A stretch of 64,000 nt of DNA from Prorocentrum cordatum (Eukaryota). Made by a program: the position numbers and the translations under genes. The notes beneath the pieces were generated by a model. The model was not told where the DNA came from, searched no databases, and saw nothing but the letters and a program-made list of their open reading frames with translations. The DNA is taken from positions 1-64,000 of the forward strand of contig CAUYUJ010000168.1 in NCBI GenBank assembly GCA_963575745.1, read 5' to 3'. How positions within the stretch are numbered: position 1 is the first letter of the stretch; each line of letters starts with the position of its first letter. Below are positions 23,909 to 37,174 of the stretch, piece after piece.

Positions 23909-26900
23909 TCAGGGAAAGCAGAAAGGGTCCTATGCACGCATGGGTCCTATGGAAAGCCGCAAAACTCAGGTATCCGATGATCGCAGCAGGAAGGGTGCGG
24001 GAGCTGTTGCGCATGCGCGCTTGGTCCTTGCTCGTGAGAAATGACGTCGCCACCAACCCTCATCGCAATTTCAATTAGGGTGGCAACTCTTGTGCGCGCG
24101 CGAACACGCCCGTTAGAATTGTCAGCGATGCCTCGCTTGTCGCGCGACGGCGCGGTGTTCGGGGCAGCGGGATGACAGCGGGCGCGTGCAGTCGCGTCTG
24201 CGGGGGAGAACTGATGCCCTTTGCGGGGTGCGCAGTGCCCAAGCTCGGCCCAGGAACCAACGGTCGGGCGCGCGCTGGCGCCCCTGCTGAACACGCCCTA
24301 GAGAACGGTCGGGACAAGGGGGATCCTCGGAGATCGGTGGGGCCTGAACTCGTGCCTAGAGAGCCGTTGGGTGACCGCGGGGGCCTGCGCTCTGGCGCAT
24401 GGGACATCTTGGCATCTGCGGGGGGCCAACCTCTGGCGCGAAGCAACCAGCGGGGTCCGCGCGAGCCCGCGCTCTGACCTAAAGAACCCGTGGGGTTCCG
24501 CGGGGATTTTAGCCCTGGCACGAAGGGTTCCCTGGGATTCGAAGGGCGCCGAGCTCTGGCGCAGAGAACCTCGAAGCATCCGCGGGGGGCCGAGCTCGAG
24601 CCTCGAGACTTCCCGTGAGCCCAAGGGCCCCTCCGTTCGGGCTCAGGACACATCTGGGTCCTTGGAGGGCAACGCTGATGCATGGGGAACTTGCAGAAGG
24701 TCAAGGGAACCTTCGGGGTCAGGGGAGGCCCAAGTTCTGGGCCAGAAAGCCAATGGATGTCCGCACGGGCCCGAACTGTCGCCCGCGGGGCCCGAGCGGC
24801 TCCATAAAGTCCCTTGTGATCCATGGGGGGGGGGGTTCGCGCGGGCCTAGAACCCGCCGAGATCTGCGGGAAAGCGGTTCTGGCGGGTAGAATCTCCAGG
24901 GGCCCGCAGCGGTCCGAGCTCTGACCCAGAACCGCCCGAGGTCTGCGGGGGCCCGAGCTCTGACTCAGAGAATCCCTTGGTATCCGCGGGATGCCAAGCT
25001 CTGGCTCAGAGAAAACTATCGGGAACCGCGAGGTTCCGTGCTCTGGCCCAGCAAAACCCGCAGGACCTCATGAAGCCGTGATTTATAGCTTTTAGGGAAT
25101 CCGTTGGGAGCCGCGGGGGTCCGAGTTGTGTTGTGGCTTACGGATGGCCCTAAGGGCTGTCGGGGCATGATCCTTGCCCTCGAGAGTCTCTCGGGGTCCG
25201 CGGGGGGCCGAAATCTTGTGTAGAGATTCGTTTGACGTCCGTGGGTGGGTGAATTCTGGCAAAGGAAATCCCAGCCGATCCGCGGGGGCCCTACCTTTGG
25301 CGCGGGGGCTCCTGAGGGGCCCGTCGGGTTCTCAGTGGTCCGCGGCGGCTTAAACTCTAGTCTAGAAGAATCCCGGGGCCCGGAGGCCCCCGTGGATCCA
25401 CCCGTGAGGATCGGCGCTCTGTTTTGGAACCTCACTATGGCCCCGTTGGGTTCGCTCTTTGGCCTCTTGAATTTCAGCGGGTTCGCGGGGGCCCCGCCCG
25501 TGGCTTTGAGAAATGTCATGGATGGATAAAACTGATGTGGGTATTGAGGGCATCGCGCTGTAATTGTGAGGATCCTTTCAGGGCTTGCAAGGGCCCAAGC
25601 ATTGCTTTAAAGCACCCGAAAGGATGATAATCGCCCGCGGGGCTTTTTTGCGTTCTGCCCTTTGTCGAAAATAATCAATCCTGAAGGGCCCGCGGGGTCC
25701 GAGCTCTGGCACAGGGGCCCCGATGGACTCGTCAGGAGTTGGGCTTTGCCCTGGGGTGTCCATTGGGGCGCGTAGAACTCCGACATATGGCTCGGGTGGC
25801 CCGATGGATCTAGAGAACCCTCGGGGATCTGCAGGTTGCGAACGCGGGCCTCTGGATAATCAGTGGGGGTCCGAGCGCTTGCTAGGAGAACCCTGACGGA
25901 TCCAGAGAAATCCTGGGGGCGCGCATGGAAGAGGAGGGCGAAAGGGGATTCTGAAGGGATAGGTAGGATGTGGGAATTGGGGCGTGGGAGGTACGAGGTC
26001 GGAGGTAGGAGAAGGGGCGGTGGCAGGCGCATAAGGGTGCGGATGGGGAGGAACAGCGGGACGGTGAAGACATATCGGGGTAGAACTCAGGAGGCGGTTG
26101 GTCTGATGTTGACGAACAACAGGAGTAGAACGGTCTCTTCTCTTTCAGACGATGACTTGCACGCGTGCTCCCGCGCGTCGGTAAACAAACACATCATACA
26201 AGACCTAGTGAACCGGGGGTGCGTGTTATCATGTGCACTGCGTAAGTGCCCGTGTGTCTTTGCTCGTTGAGAGCGAACGCTTCTCGGAAGTTGGATTGGG
26301 CCACCACTTCGCCCAGGGCGATGCCATCGTGCGAGGTTCTCTGTTGGCGCTCGCACGTCTGCTTTGTCCCCCCCCCGAACGAGCTGCAATCGGAAGTCGA
26401 AGCATGCGCCCGTTCTCCATTCTTTACTCGTTCGTATAAGGCTTCTTGGAGCTCATTCGGAGTTCCTGTGGAGCCTCTTGGGTCTCTCTCGGAGATTTTT
26501 CAGGGGGTGCACGTGGGGGCTCTTTAGGGGCACGGTCGCAGGCAGTCGGAGAGTGGGTGCGCGTGTCTGGACCACGTTGGTTCTTCCGAGCTCTCCCCGA
26601 GAGACTCAATCGCATGGAGCACGTGAGGGCGCGCGCGCGGGTCGCAGCCCTCTTTAGGGCACTTCTTGAATTGCATTGAACAGTTTTCGGGCAGTCTGAG
26701 GCCTGTCCTGGGCCCTCCGCGGGCCATGTTCGGCCGTCTGGTGAACGCCCCGAGGCTCGCGGAAAACTTTTCGAGGCGATCCGATGCTGGATTGCTGCGG
26801 ATACACAGTGCATGATACAATTTTGACATGGTGTACTTTTATTGGCCTCTTCTGGCATTGCCGGAAGCCTTCCAAAAAAGACATGCTCGGGCCATGGGTG

Positions 26901-27667
26901 TGTCTCCTGGAATCTGGTAGGGGGGTCCTGAGCCTTTTGGGGGTCCGTGGGCTGTGCGGGGCTGATCTTTCGCAGATGGCGCCTGTCTTGGGGCGATGTC
27001 GGGCCTGTTTGCAGCCGCGCGGATGCTCAAACCGGCTCTTCAAGACAAAACAGGCAGGCGATATTTCCTGGATACTCGTGGTCCCATGCGGGGGGGGTGA
27101 GCTGGGGAACCCACGGGAACCCTGCCAGACAATTAGCGAGCTATTCAACACGCCACGACGCGCCGAAGGCGCGCTCGCGGAATTTCAGCAGGGAGCGGTT
27201 CTTCCTGACGTTTGACCAGCAGAATTCGCACTAGGTGCCCATTCGGGCATTCGCACTCCCGCCTGTTGGAATTGCGCCCTCGAAGATCTCGGCATTCCAT
27301 TGCGTAAGGCCCGCCCGTCGATCCGAGGTTGCCTTGGAATTCCCTGTGCGAGCCGTGGAGGGATCGGCCCCCCCCCCCTCAAAGTTGCTGTTGGGTGGCG
27401 CATCCACCGATGCAGCCGCAAGTTTCCGCGGGTGGGGTAGCAATGTCATCTAACCTCAGCAGTTGGTTTCACTTGCCCCGCTCCAGGCCCCGCGAGCCAG
27501 ATCCTTTAGCTTAATCCCTGTCGTCGCGATCGCCCCGAAACTTCTCCTTCAACTTCTCCTCCCCCACTCCCCACGCCCTCATGGCATTCTCGGCTCAAGC
27601 TTCGGGTGCACGTCCGGGGCTACGGAAACGCAGCACGATATCCCACAGAGCACCAATACATCAAACA

Positions 27668-28720
27668 ATGGCTCAGCCGGCGGGCTCCGATGCGGGACCG
27701 TCGTCAGCGAAGAAGCGGAAGATGAGCCAGACTGAGCAGAACCAAATCTTCGACAAGATCGTGACCTCTCAGTTCGATGACAACATGGAGCTCCTTCGCA
27801 AGAAACTTGAGCACAAGAAAGGCTTGCTCACATTCCTCATTGGGCTGATCGACTCGGGCAAACTTGAGGAAGCATACGACCGCGCACACCAGGACACAGG
27901 AGAGGTCCGGCCAGCAACGTTTGCCCAGGGTTACAAGTACATGAAGCAGGCGGGCTCGATATGGATCCGGGACTTTCTGGGGCAGATGAACCCGACGTAC
28001 AAGATCCCTGACGGTCTGACCGAGGCCGAGAAGAAGGCACGGAGGCTGTCTTTGCCTGACTACATTCATCGCATGTGCCTGGCGCTTCGCATCCACCCCG
28101 ATTGCTGGCTCTTCCACATGCAACAGGAAACGACGACGCAGACGGCGGTCCAGCGCTGCCGCAACCTGAACAACCCCATCGAGACGGTGTCGCCAACGGA
28201 CAGCTTGGACAAGAAGGGCTTTTACACGGCCAGCGACGACAATGCGAAGGTGCTCGCTCTTGGTATGGGGCCGTTGCCGCAGGAGCAGCACGAGCGCAAT
28301 GGCAGCCCTTACATGTGGGTCCCCCCTCCGTCCGCAGAGGACGTCGAGTGGAAGTTCAAGGATAACTGGAATTCTCAAGCTACCATCATGCATCCAAATG
28401 GCGACGCTTTCCAGCTGAAGACCCGCTTCCAGTCGAAGTACCCCGTCCTCTTCACGGAGGCGGCGTGCACGCTTGCCATGTCCATCGAGGCGGATGGGGA
28501 GTCGCCACACCCGTCGCTTGGCGACGTCCGCCGCGCGTCCGTGGGCGGCAAAGGCAAACGTGGCAAGGGCAAGGGGGTTTCGAAGGGCGCGGCACCCGCG
28601 GCGCCCGCTCCGCCTGCGGCGCCTGCCGCTGCACCCGCGGCGCCGCCCGTTCCGCCGCCTGGCGGCGCTGGCGGAGGCGCCGCGGCGGCTCCGCCCGCAG
28701 AGGAAGAGGATGATGAGTGA
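27668..28720 (+). CDS. Intronless 350-aa hypothetical protein inside the giant transposon
   Basis: Clean ORF with strong GC3 bias, NLS-like 'AKKRK', basic 'GKGKRGKGKG', Pro/Ala linker and acidic tail. A degenerate SL relic (CATTCTCGGCTCAAG, ending 27599) lies ~70 bp upstream. Confidence 0.8.
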   Translation: MAQPAGSDAGPSSAKKRKMSQTEQNQIFDKIVTSQFDDNMELLRKKLEHKKGLLTFLIGLIDSGKLEEAYDRAHQDTGEVRPATFAQGYKYMKQAGSIWIRDFLGQMNPTYKIPDGLTEAEKKARRLSLPDYIHRMCLALRIHPDCWLFHMQQETTTQTAVQRCRNLNNPIETVSPTDSLDKKGFYTASDDNAKVLALGMGPLPQEQHERNGSPYMWVPPPSAEDVEWKFKDNWNSQATIMHPNGDAFQLKTRFQSKYPVLFTEAACTLAMSIEADGESPHPSLGDVRRASVGGKGKRGKGKGVSKGAAPAAPAPPAAPAAAPAAPPVPPPGGAGGGAAAAPPAEEEDDE

Positions 28721-29276
28721 TGAGTGTGGTTCCTGGGTGATTGCACGCGGCGCGGCTGCCTTGCAGAGGCGGGTGCAGCGTATTCCAAACGATGCCAGGC
28801 GCTTGGAATAACAGGCGCGCTTTTGAGCGATTGCCACTCGTGAGCTGTAGACCCAAGTTGTGCGCGTCTGTCCGCCTGCTGGTCAAGCCCGTCCGTGTAT
28901 CCAGGGGGCAGGTGACTCATCTTGCTCCTCTTGCGCAGGGATGGTGCCCAAATGATCCTTTTCGAGAAGCCCTGGTGTGCAATTCCTATTCAGAGGGGTG
29001 TTTTTTTTCCTTCCTCTCGCTCCTCCCCCCCACCCCTCTTTCTGTAAACTTTTACCTCCGTCTGCGCGTCGCCGCATCGAATTCGCAAGCGACCGAAACT
29101 TTTCGAGTGCCGCCCCTTTCATTCCCGGGGGGGGGGGCCACGGGGGGCGGCCCGAGGGCGAGCGGGGCAGCAAACTGGGAGGCGACGGGGGCCTGTGTAT
29201 TGCGCGGCGGTGCCAGGACGACGGGGAGGTGGGCTGGGGGGAGATGCGCGTGAGGGAGAGGAGCGGGGGGTGGGAA

Positions 29277-30165
29277 TTGTTGACGCTTCGCCTATCCCCA
29301 CCAGCCCATCCAGAAACGACGCCCAGGCGAGTTGAGGTGCCCAGGGAAGTGTGGGAGCAAAGATGGAGAAAGCCGAGCCGAGCCAAGGAGGGACGTCTCC
29401 CCCTCCCTACGTCGCTCCCCCTCCCCGCCGCCCGCGCACCCGTTATGTCATCGATATTGGCTCCTGGGGCTGAGCACACGCAGAAAATGTTGCAAAACAC
29501 AATACGAAACGCCAACATTGAGGTGGGAAGATGTTTGCCCAACGTGGTACATTTCTCCCCCACTTTATGTTTGGCGTTTCGCATTGTATTTTTACAATGC
29601 ATTCTGCGCGTGGCGCCTGGAGGGCTCCAGAATGCATTCTGCGCCCTCCCAAAAACCTCAAGGAGAGCAACAAGAGGGCCGCAAAGTGGCTCCAAGGGGG
29701 CCCCTAGAGTGTTCCACGACGGCCGAAAAAGATATTCAGATGGCCATGGCCATCTGAATATCTCTTGGGCCCCTTTTTGGGGCCCTCCGGGGGCGCGGTG
29801 GGCCCTCCCAAGAGGCTCCAGGAGCGCCCCAAGAGGGCCGCCAAGTGGCCCCAAGCAGGCCGCCAGAGGGCTCCAAGACGGCCGAAAAAGATATTCAGAT
29901 GTCCATGGCCATCTGAATATCTCTCGGGCGCTTTTTTGAGGCCCTCCGGAGGCTCGGTGGGCCCTCCCAAGAGGCTCCAGGAGCGGCCCAAGAGGGCCGC
30001 CAAGTGGCTCCAAGGGGGCCCCCAGAGGGCTCCAAGACGGCCGAAAAAAATATTCAGATGTCCATGGCCATCTGAATATCTCTTGGGCCCCTTTTTGAAG
30101 CCTTCTGGGGGCTCCGTGGACCCTCCCATGAATCTCCAGGAGGGCCCCAAGAGGGCCGCCAAGTA
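29277..30165 (-). mobile_element. Helitron2/Helentron-like family, copy 2 (other end not found)
   Basis: Starts after AA| and shares ~200 bp with 39961 onward (GTTGACGCT...CCAGCCCATCCAGAAAC...GGCGAGTTGAGGTG). Contains three 159-bp repeats. Confidence 0.55.
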
Positions 30166-30443
30166 GCTCTGCTAATCGCCCCCCTCGCCGCAATTGCCTG
30201 GTGCGCGTGCTGATCCCCTTCCTCCTCCTCCCCTCCTCCTCCTCCTCCTCCTCCTCCATCCTCCTCCTCCTCCTCCTCCATCCTCCTCCTCTTCCAAGTG
30301 GGCCCCGTCTCATCCTGGTTATCCGCTACGTCCTGCTATGATGCCCCGCCCCTCTGGTTAGAACCCGCGTCGCCGCTGTAGTTCTAACAAGGAGAAGGAA
30401 GAAATGCCGGAGGCTTGTTTTGTGCACGAATAAACCCACAAAC

Positions 30444-30484
30444 TGGCTCAAGTGCATGCTGGCTCAAGTGGCTCAAGGCTCAAG
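30444..30484 (+). other. Tandem dinoflagellate spliced-leader relics
   Basis: TGGCTCAAG, CATGCTGGCTCAAG, TGGCTCAAG and GCTCAAG in tandem, each matching the 3' end of DCCGTAGCCATTTTGGCTCAAG. Confidence 0.65.
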
Positions 30485-33400
30485 TTGCCACTTCCGAGGG
30501 TTAAAACTGAGGCCTCAGTTTTAACCCTCAAGCGGACCAGGTCACCGAAGGCCCCCGACCAGGAGCCCTGCCAAGGGTGGGGTGCCGTCCTAGTGTTTCT
30601 CTACACCAGTTGCACTCCCGACCTTCCCTCTGCCATGGCGCCGTGCCAGGTTTGCCTCCGTCAATTTGGAAAGGAACGCTACAGCAGGAGTGCAACTGCA
30701 GCAGCCACTAGTTGGAGACAGCCGCCAAGACCGACCCTCAAGGCAGCTTTAAAGCTGCGCGCGCACGGCGCCGTGGACTCTTCCACCGCCTCGCGCGCGA
30801 ATGCAACATGAATTTCGAAAGAAACGCTACCGCAGGCGTGCCACTACCGCAGCCACTAGTTGGAGACAGCAGCCATTCTTCATCAGGGAGGGGGAGGAGA
30901 GGGGAGAGGGAGCGGGAAGGGGGGCCACTGACGCCAGACCACAGCGCGAAAGAGAAAAGTAAAAGGAAAGCGGAGGCAAGAACCTCCCATGCCCGCCCCG
31001 CGCACGAAGAAACGCTGCAAGCGCAAAAAGAGCGGAGCCCTCTTGGAGCCCCAAAAGGGCTCTAAGAGGGCCAGGAAGAAGCGGCTCCACCGACCCCTAG
31101 GGGCAAACATTATGTTAACACGCTGCGGCCTGAGCACTGTTCTCCTAAGCACTGGCGGGACCTAGGGGCAAACATTATTTTAACACGCACTGTTCTCCTG
31201 GCGGGAAGTAGGGGCAAACATAATGTTAACAACCTAGGGGCAAACATTATGTTAACAGGCATTGTTCTCCTAAGCACTGGCGGAACCTGGGGCGCACATT
31301 ATGTTAACACGCTGCGGCTTGATATGTTCATCTTGCCGGGACTGCGCGGTGGCCCTGGGCTGGTCTTGGGCTTCGCCCCGTCAGTCCGTGGCTTCCAGAG
31401 GGGGTCACTTGAAGACGAGAGTTGGGCCAAATTTGTTTCTCAGGTGACCCCTGGTTTCCCCTTCCCGGAGCGTCCCTCCGAGCCCTCCGTCCCCGGAGGC
31501 GTTGTGCACAAAGCATGCCGAAGTCGAATTCCGCGGTTGGTGCGTTCTCTTCTGCCGCAGGTCACTTCAGAGCTGCCTCGGTCGATCGGCCGCCGTCCGA
31601 GGCGCCTTTGAGGTGCCTGTGGCGTTCTCCCGTGGGCCGCGATCGAGGGGCGCGGGGTAGGGGGAACAGAAGGAGCACGGGGAGATATAGTAGGGCCGCA
31701 GATGAAAGCACCCCGTCAAACAGACATTCGCAATCCACACCCCAACCACTCTGGCTCGAATCCAAATTCAAGTGACGCTGAGAGCAGCCTGCGCCATCCC
31801 CCCCCACTCGGACCTCTTAGCATGGAGGTCCCTCACGTGGGCCTCGTTCGCCTGACTGTCGGCGGCGCTTCCGGGCAATGCTTGGAGCACACGGGGACTG
31901 GTGAGATCGTCAGGCTACCTGACGACATGGGCCCAGATTGTGCACTTGCCTTCTCAGGTGATGGTTTCGCTTACTTGACGCTGCCGCACCGTAGGAACGA
32001 CCGAGTGGGCGAGATGGCATCCGACGGTGTTTCTTTCGTTGTGTGGGCAAATAATATTTTCACTCGGACCTATCACAAAACCGACTCAGGCAAACCTTTC
32101 GTGAAGAAAGAAGATGGCGCCGCCGTGTGGTGCAAAAAACTTTCCGAGGAGTCTTCGTCATCAGGTTTTGAACATACCAGAGGCACAAACAAGACCATCC
32201 ACATTCAGGTTTGGCTCTACACTCTGCCAGTCGCTGGTTGTTTCATGTTTTGGTCTCTGCCCTGCCTGGTCCTGGCAATGCTGGGGAGGTACAGTTGGCC
32301 ATTATTGAAAAAAAGAGTCGAAGCATGCAAGAGGATCGCGTTGCAGCTCGGCCTCGATGCATCGAGCTGCATGCCGAGCACCCGTTCATTGTTAGCTTCT
32401 GCGAGGAATGACATACGATGTGGTGGTGAGGGCAAGGTGAGGGCTCTCGACCTCACTCAAAGCAGCGACGACACCAAGCTTTCCACGACTCTCATGCTTT
32501 GGTTTCTCGTAAAGTCATTGGTCAGCAAGGGGAAGAGCGAGCCACAGGAGGCCGAGAACTCCAGACTTATCATGGAAACGTTCTTTGACAGGTATCTCGC
32601 GCACGACGGCGCTTTTTTCACCTACGGACCAGAGGCTGCGATTGGGGAGGCCGCTATTCCACCTCGACGGATCGTGGTGGCAGGCGGCGGCGTGGATGCG
32701 GGGGCCTTGACGATCCTTCTCGGCCACGGGTTGGCCGCGCAGTTTTTCAGACGCACTCCAACCGACGATCATAACAAGGCGCCTGCGTAAACCCAGCGAG
32801 CCGTAGCCGCAGCTCCGAAATCACAGAGTTCTTAGGTTTCGTGCTCGTTTTGGTCCGACAACCTTTTAAACGTGTTCGTGTCATGCTGCGCCTTGCCCTT
32901 CAAACCTCCATCTCGCGAGCTGCGTCTATCTAGCGGCCTCCAGCCCATCCCGCCGCCGCGCTTTGGTCATGGGCTAGGCGCATCCGAAGGAGGCCTGGGT
33001 ACATGGGGGCACACCGTGGGTTAGGACTGATTGCGCGAGCACTGCGCCTCAAGGGTAATTGTTTGGGAAGCGTTACATTTTGCGCAAGAGATCTGACTTC
33101 AGTCGGGTCCAAGGGGGCCCAAGACGGCTCAAAGACGGCTGGAGGCGGCCCAGGGCGGTTCAAGAGAGTTCCAAGAGGCCCTCAAGAAAGCCCCTAAAGG
33201 TCTCAAGAGGCTCCCGAGAGAGCCCCACGAGGGCTACAGGAGGTCCCAAAGAGAACCCCACAAAGCCCCAAGATGGCGCCAGGACGGCCCACGCCATCCC
33301 AGACGGCCCACAGGGCCCTAGGACGGTCCAAGGAGGGCCCAAAGACGGCCCAAAAGAGCCCCAGGAGGGTCCCCAAGAAGGCACTCGCAGGCCACATGTT

Positions 33401-35924
33401 TTTTCCCGTCTGCTTTGTTTGATTAGATTCGACGTGTACGCGTCAAAATCTTAACGCCCAGAAAGCTCCGAGACGCGATGCAAACGTTCTCGCGCCCTCG
33501 CAAAATACGAACGTTTTCTGTCCCCGTGCTTCCCACATACTCATCCTTTCAGGAGCCAAGGCTTCGCCAAATGGTACTGGGAGTCCCAGGGGGTATCCAG
33601 GCGCTCCATTCTGTGCAAGTCGCACGGTGGCGGATAGCACGTTGCACCCCAGGTGCCGCTTGTGTATCTGTTGCGTTTCCTGGGGAACCCTATCGGGAAG
33701 GACCCGTCGAGTGATGCCAAGATCAGCCTTGCCAAAGACATCATTTCCAGCCTCGCATGCGTCATGGAGTGTTCAAGGGTGGACGGAGACAATTGGCCGA
33801 CTGAAAAGATATTGGAGTTGCCAGCCATAACCACGCCGACAGGGAAGAACCGCAAGACAACCAGACTCTACAAACTAGAGCTTTTAAAGAAAATGAAGCA
33901 ACATCCAGCCCTGAAGACAGCCAAAGCAGCACTTGCTGGAATGAAGATCTGGGGTCGCAAAGGGAAAGGGCGTGAGACCGTCTCCCAGGCCACGCGGTGG
34001 GACTGGGATGTTTTCTTTGGTTACATGTCCAATGGGTGGCCCTTCATGCCGAACCGCGGGTCCCTTTGCATGCAGACCGACGGGGTGTGGCTCGCAGGTG
34101 AGGAGACAACTCATTGAATGCGCCTGCGGTGGACCACCGCCTCCCCCTGCCTTGTGGAAGCGCCTGTGCGGCCAAACGTTTGGGCCAGAGCTTGGCCATG
34201 CTTGACCTTCTTCGCGCCGTTGTAGACCGTCTTGGGTCCATCTTGGGCCGTCTTGGAAGCATTTCGGGGCCATCTTGGACGTCGTTGGGGCCGCGTGGGC
34301 CGGTGTGGAAGCGCTTAAGGATCGTATCGGAGGAGACCTTGGGCCATCGTAGCAGCCCTGGAAGCCATATAACGACTTCGAGCGCCCTTGGGGGGGCCCC
34401 GTGTGCCAGCCAGGATCGGGCGACATCTTTTTCGGGAGCTTTTCAAAAATGCATCCGCGGACAAAGTTCGGAGCGCCAATAACCCCGCTTGCAGGCAACA
34501 AGGGGCGGTGGATCCTGTGGCCTTCGGCATCTCCCGCCAAGGTGTCCGGGTTGTGGGCCAAATCCTTCGTGGATGCCCCCTGGGGTCTCGGGGGGTGCCT
34601 CCTGGGGGCGACATTGGGGCCTCCTGGGGGCAGCTTATTGGCCTCTTGGGGGAATCTTGGGGGCCCCCTGGGGGCTCCAGGGGGGGTTCGGAGGGGCCCC
34701 GGGGACACGTTGGACGTATGGGAGGCCATCTTGAGGGGAGATGCCCCGCCAGCCACCTCGAGTTCCCCCTCTTTCTCCCCTCATGGGGTTCTCTTGGGGC
34801 CTCTTGCACCGCCTTTGGGCGTATCGGGTAATTCCGGGGCCGTTCTGGGCAGCCGAGGGTTTTCCTTCGGGGATGATGAGGTCGTCCCTGGGGGGGTCTT
34901 GGTGGCTCCTTTGGCCGATTCAAGCGTCTTCAAGTTGGCAAAACGCGACAACTCGGAATCAACGCGGCAATACCATTCGAGCTTCAATGGTTTTGGCAAT
35001 GTCGGGTCTTCTTGGGGTTCCCATTTGGGGCTTTCTTGGGGCGTTTTCGGGGCAGCCTGGCCCGTCTAGAGTCCATATTGGGCCGCCTCGGGGCGTTGAT
35101 GGGTTGATGGGGGGCCCCTCTCTGGCCATGCTGCCGCCCTCTCGGGCCACCCTCGGCCCGTTTTGGGGCTGTCTGGCCTCGCGAAAAGCCACGCGGCGAT
35201 CCCAGGGAGTCTGCGGAGCGCCCCGCCCCCGGGGCCTCCTGGCTATTCAAGGAGCGCGGTGAACATGCAACACAGGGAGTTCGAAGGGACTTGCAGAGAC
35301 TTTAATTCGTGCTGCGGGGCACGGTGGCGGATTACATGTTCTGGGACCCGTCCGGCGACAATCACGTGTGGGCGCCTGTTCAGGCGGGATCTTTGCTTCA
35401 AAACTTGGGGCGAGCGTTGCCCGTCCCAAGTTGCTCACACGTTGTGGACATATGCCCAGGCCCGACCTGATCTTTCGAGGTCCGAGCTTGGCGCCCCCGT
35501 CCGCACTTTTGAGAGACCCCCTTCGTACTTTTGAGAAATGTGCTCAAAAGTTGGTTTCGCCTGATACATCCGCACTTCATACTTTTGAACGACCACCTTC
35601 GTTCTTTTGAGCGACCCCCTCCGTACTTTTGAGAAATCCGCTCAAAAGTTGGTTTCGCTTGAGACATCAACGACTGTTACTTTCGAGAGGACGTCCTCAC
35701 GAGTAAAGCTTGGTACTTTTGAGCAAGGACCCCCCCCCCGCCCCTCGCACACAGGAGGCGCCAAGGTGGGGAAGGCCCGTGCGCTGCAGTGCCACTGGAT
35801 GGCTAGGGCATCTCTTGGCGCGGAGCTGGGGCGCGACAGTGGGGGCGACCCACTGATGCATTTGTCTTGCCTTCGTCGTGGGTGCCCCATGCCGTATAGG
35901 AATTCCAGTGGAGAAAGCCCGCGG

Positions 35925-36345
35925 CGGCGCCCCCGGGCCTCGGCGGCGGGCCCGACGGGGAGCCCGGGGCGCCTCCGGGTCACCTGCAGGGAGGCGGCTC
36001 TGGACCGTCTCCGGGTCGCTCGGAGGCGGCTCGGGGGCGCCTCCGGGTCACCCGGAGGCAGCTCTGGACCGCCTCCGGGTCACTCGGAGGCGGCTCGGGG
36101 GCGCCTCCGGGTCACCCGGAGGCAGCTCTGGACCGCCTCCCAGTCGCCCGGAGGCGGCTCTGAGGCGCCCCCGGGCCTCGGCGGCGGGCCCGACGGGGAG
36201 CCCGGGGCGCCTCCGGGTCACCTGGAGGCGGCTCTGGACCGTCTCCGGGTCACTCGGAGGCGGCTCGGGGGCGCCTCCGGGTCACCCGGAGGCAGCTTTG
36301 GACCGCTTCCAAGTCGCCCGGAGGCGGCTCTGAGGCGGCCCCGGC
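35925..36345 (+). repeat. GC-rich minisatellite
   Basis: Repeated GGGCGCCTCCGGGTCACCCGGAGGC(A/G)GCTCTGGACCG units. Confidence 0.85.
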
Positions 36346-36674
36346 CGAGGCCCAGAATAAAAGTCAAGACAGCGCCGTCTTGACTTTTATTCCGGGGCTC
36401 CGCCGGCCTCCCAATTGGCGGCGCCCGGGGAGCCCATCTTGCCGCTCGCCGCTCGCGGACGGGGGGGTACCCTGGGAGGGTTGTCGTCCCCGAATGCCGC
36501 AGCCAAGAGAGCCCCAATTGGAGCCCGAGGAAGGCGCGAGATTGAGTTCCAGGATGTGCATCGGCCGTTGCACATCTCCCAGCGGGATGAAGGGGGCCTT
36601 CAAATTGGGCCTCTTGGAACCCGACTGGAGCCCTCTTGGAGCTTTCTTGGAGCCCCACAGGGCTCCAAGAACCC

Positions 36675-37097
36675 CCCAAGAGGGCCCAACACCTTTTCAC
36701 GTAAAAGAGCCTTGTTCGTGATAAGGTGTTGGGCCCTCATGGGGAGCTCTCGGGGGCCTCTTGGAACTCTCCTTGGGCCCTCTTGGGGCCCTCCTGGAGC
36801 CCTCTTGCAGCCCCAGAAGAGTTCTAAGAGGGCCCCCGAAGGGTTCCAAAAGCCCCCCAAGAGGGCCCAACACCTTGTCACGAACAAGGCCCTTCTTCGT
36901 GACAAGGTGTCGGGCCCTCTTGGGGGCCTCTTGGAACCCTCCTGGAGCCCTCTCGGGGCTCTCTTAGAGCCCTCTTGGAGCCCCAAAAGGGCTCTAAGAG
37001 GGCCCCCACAGGGCTCCAAGGACCCCCCAAGAGGGCCCGACACCTTGTCACAAAAAAGGGCCTTGTTCGTGACAAGGTGTTGGGCCCTCTTGGGGGG
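36675..37097. repeat. Three tandem units, each with a long hairpin
   Basis: CCCAAGAGGGCCC(A/G)ACACCTTGTCAC...GTGACAAGGTGT(C/T)GGGCCCTCTTGGG at ~170-180-bp spacing. Confidence 0.8.
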
Positions 37098-37152
37098 CTC
37101 TTGGAACCCTCCTGGAGCCCTTTTGGGACTCCACCTGCGCCCCCTTCAGACA

Positions 37153-37174
37153 TCCGTAGTTGTTTTGGCACAAG
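37153..37174 (+). other. Spliced-leader relic (18/22)
   Basis: TCCGTAGTTGTTTTGGCACAAG vs DCCGTAGCCATTTTGGCTCAAG. Confidence 0.6.

Noticed and set aside
26050..27500. Additional gene inside the TIR element
   Set aside because: Some lower-GC, coding-like patches, but no consistent frame or motif could be supported.
27704..28837. 377-aa minus-strand ORF and other antisense ORFs over the copia genes
   Set aside because: Shadow frames of high-GC3 coding sequence on the opposite strand.
29721..30075. CRISPR-like array of palindromic repeats
   Set aside because: The intervening sequences are copies of each other and ~125 bp long, there are no cas genes, and the context is eukaryotic.
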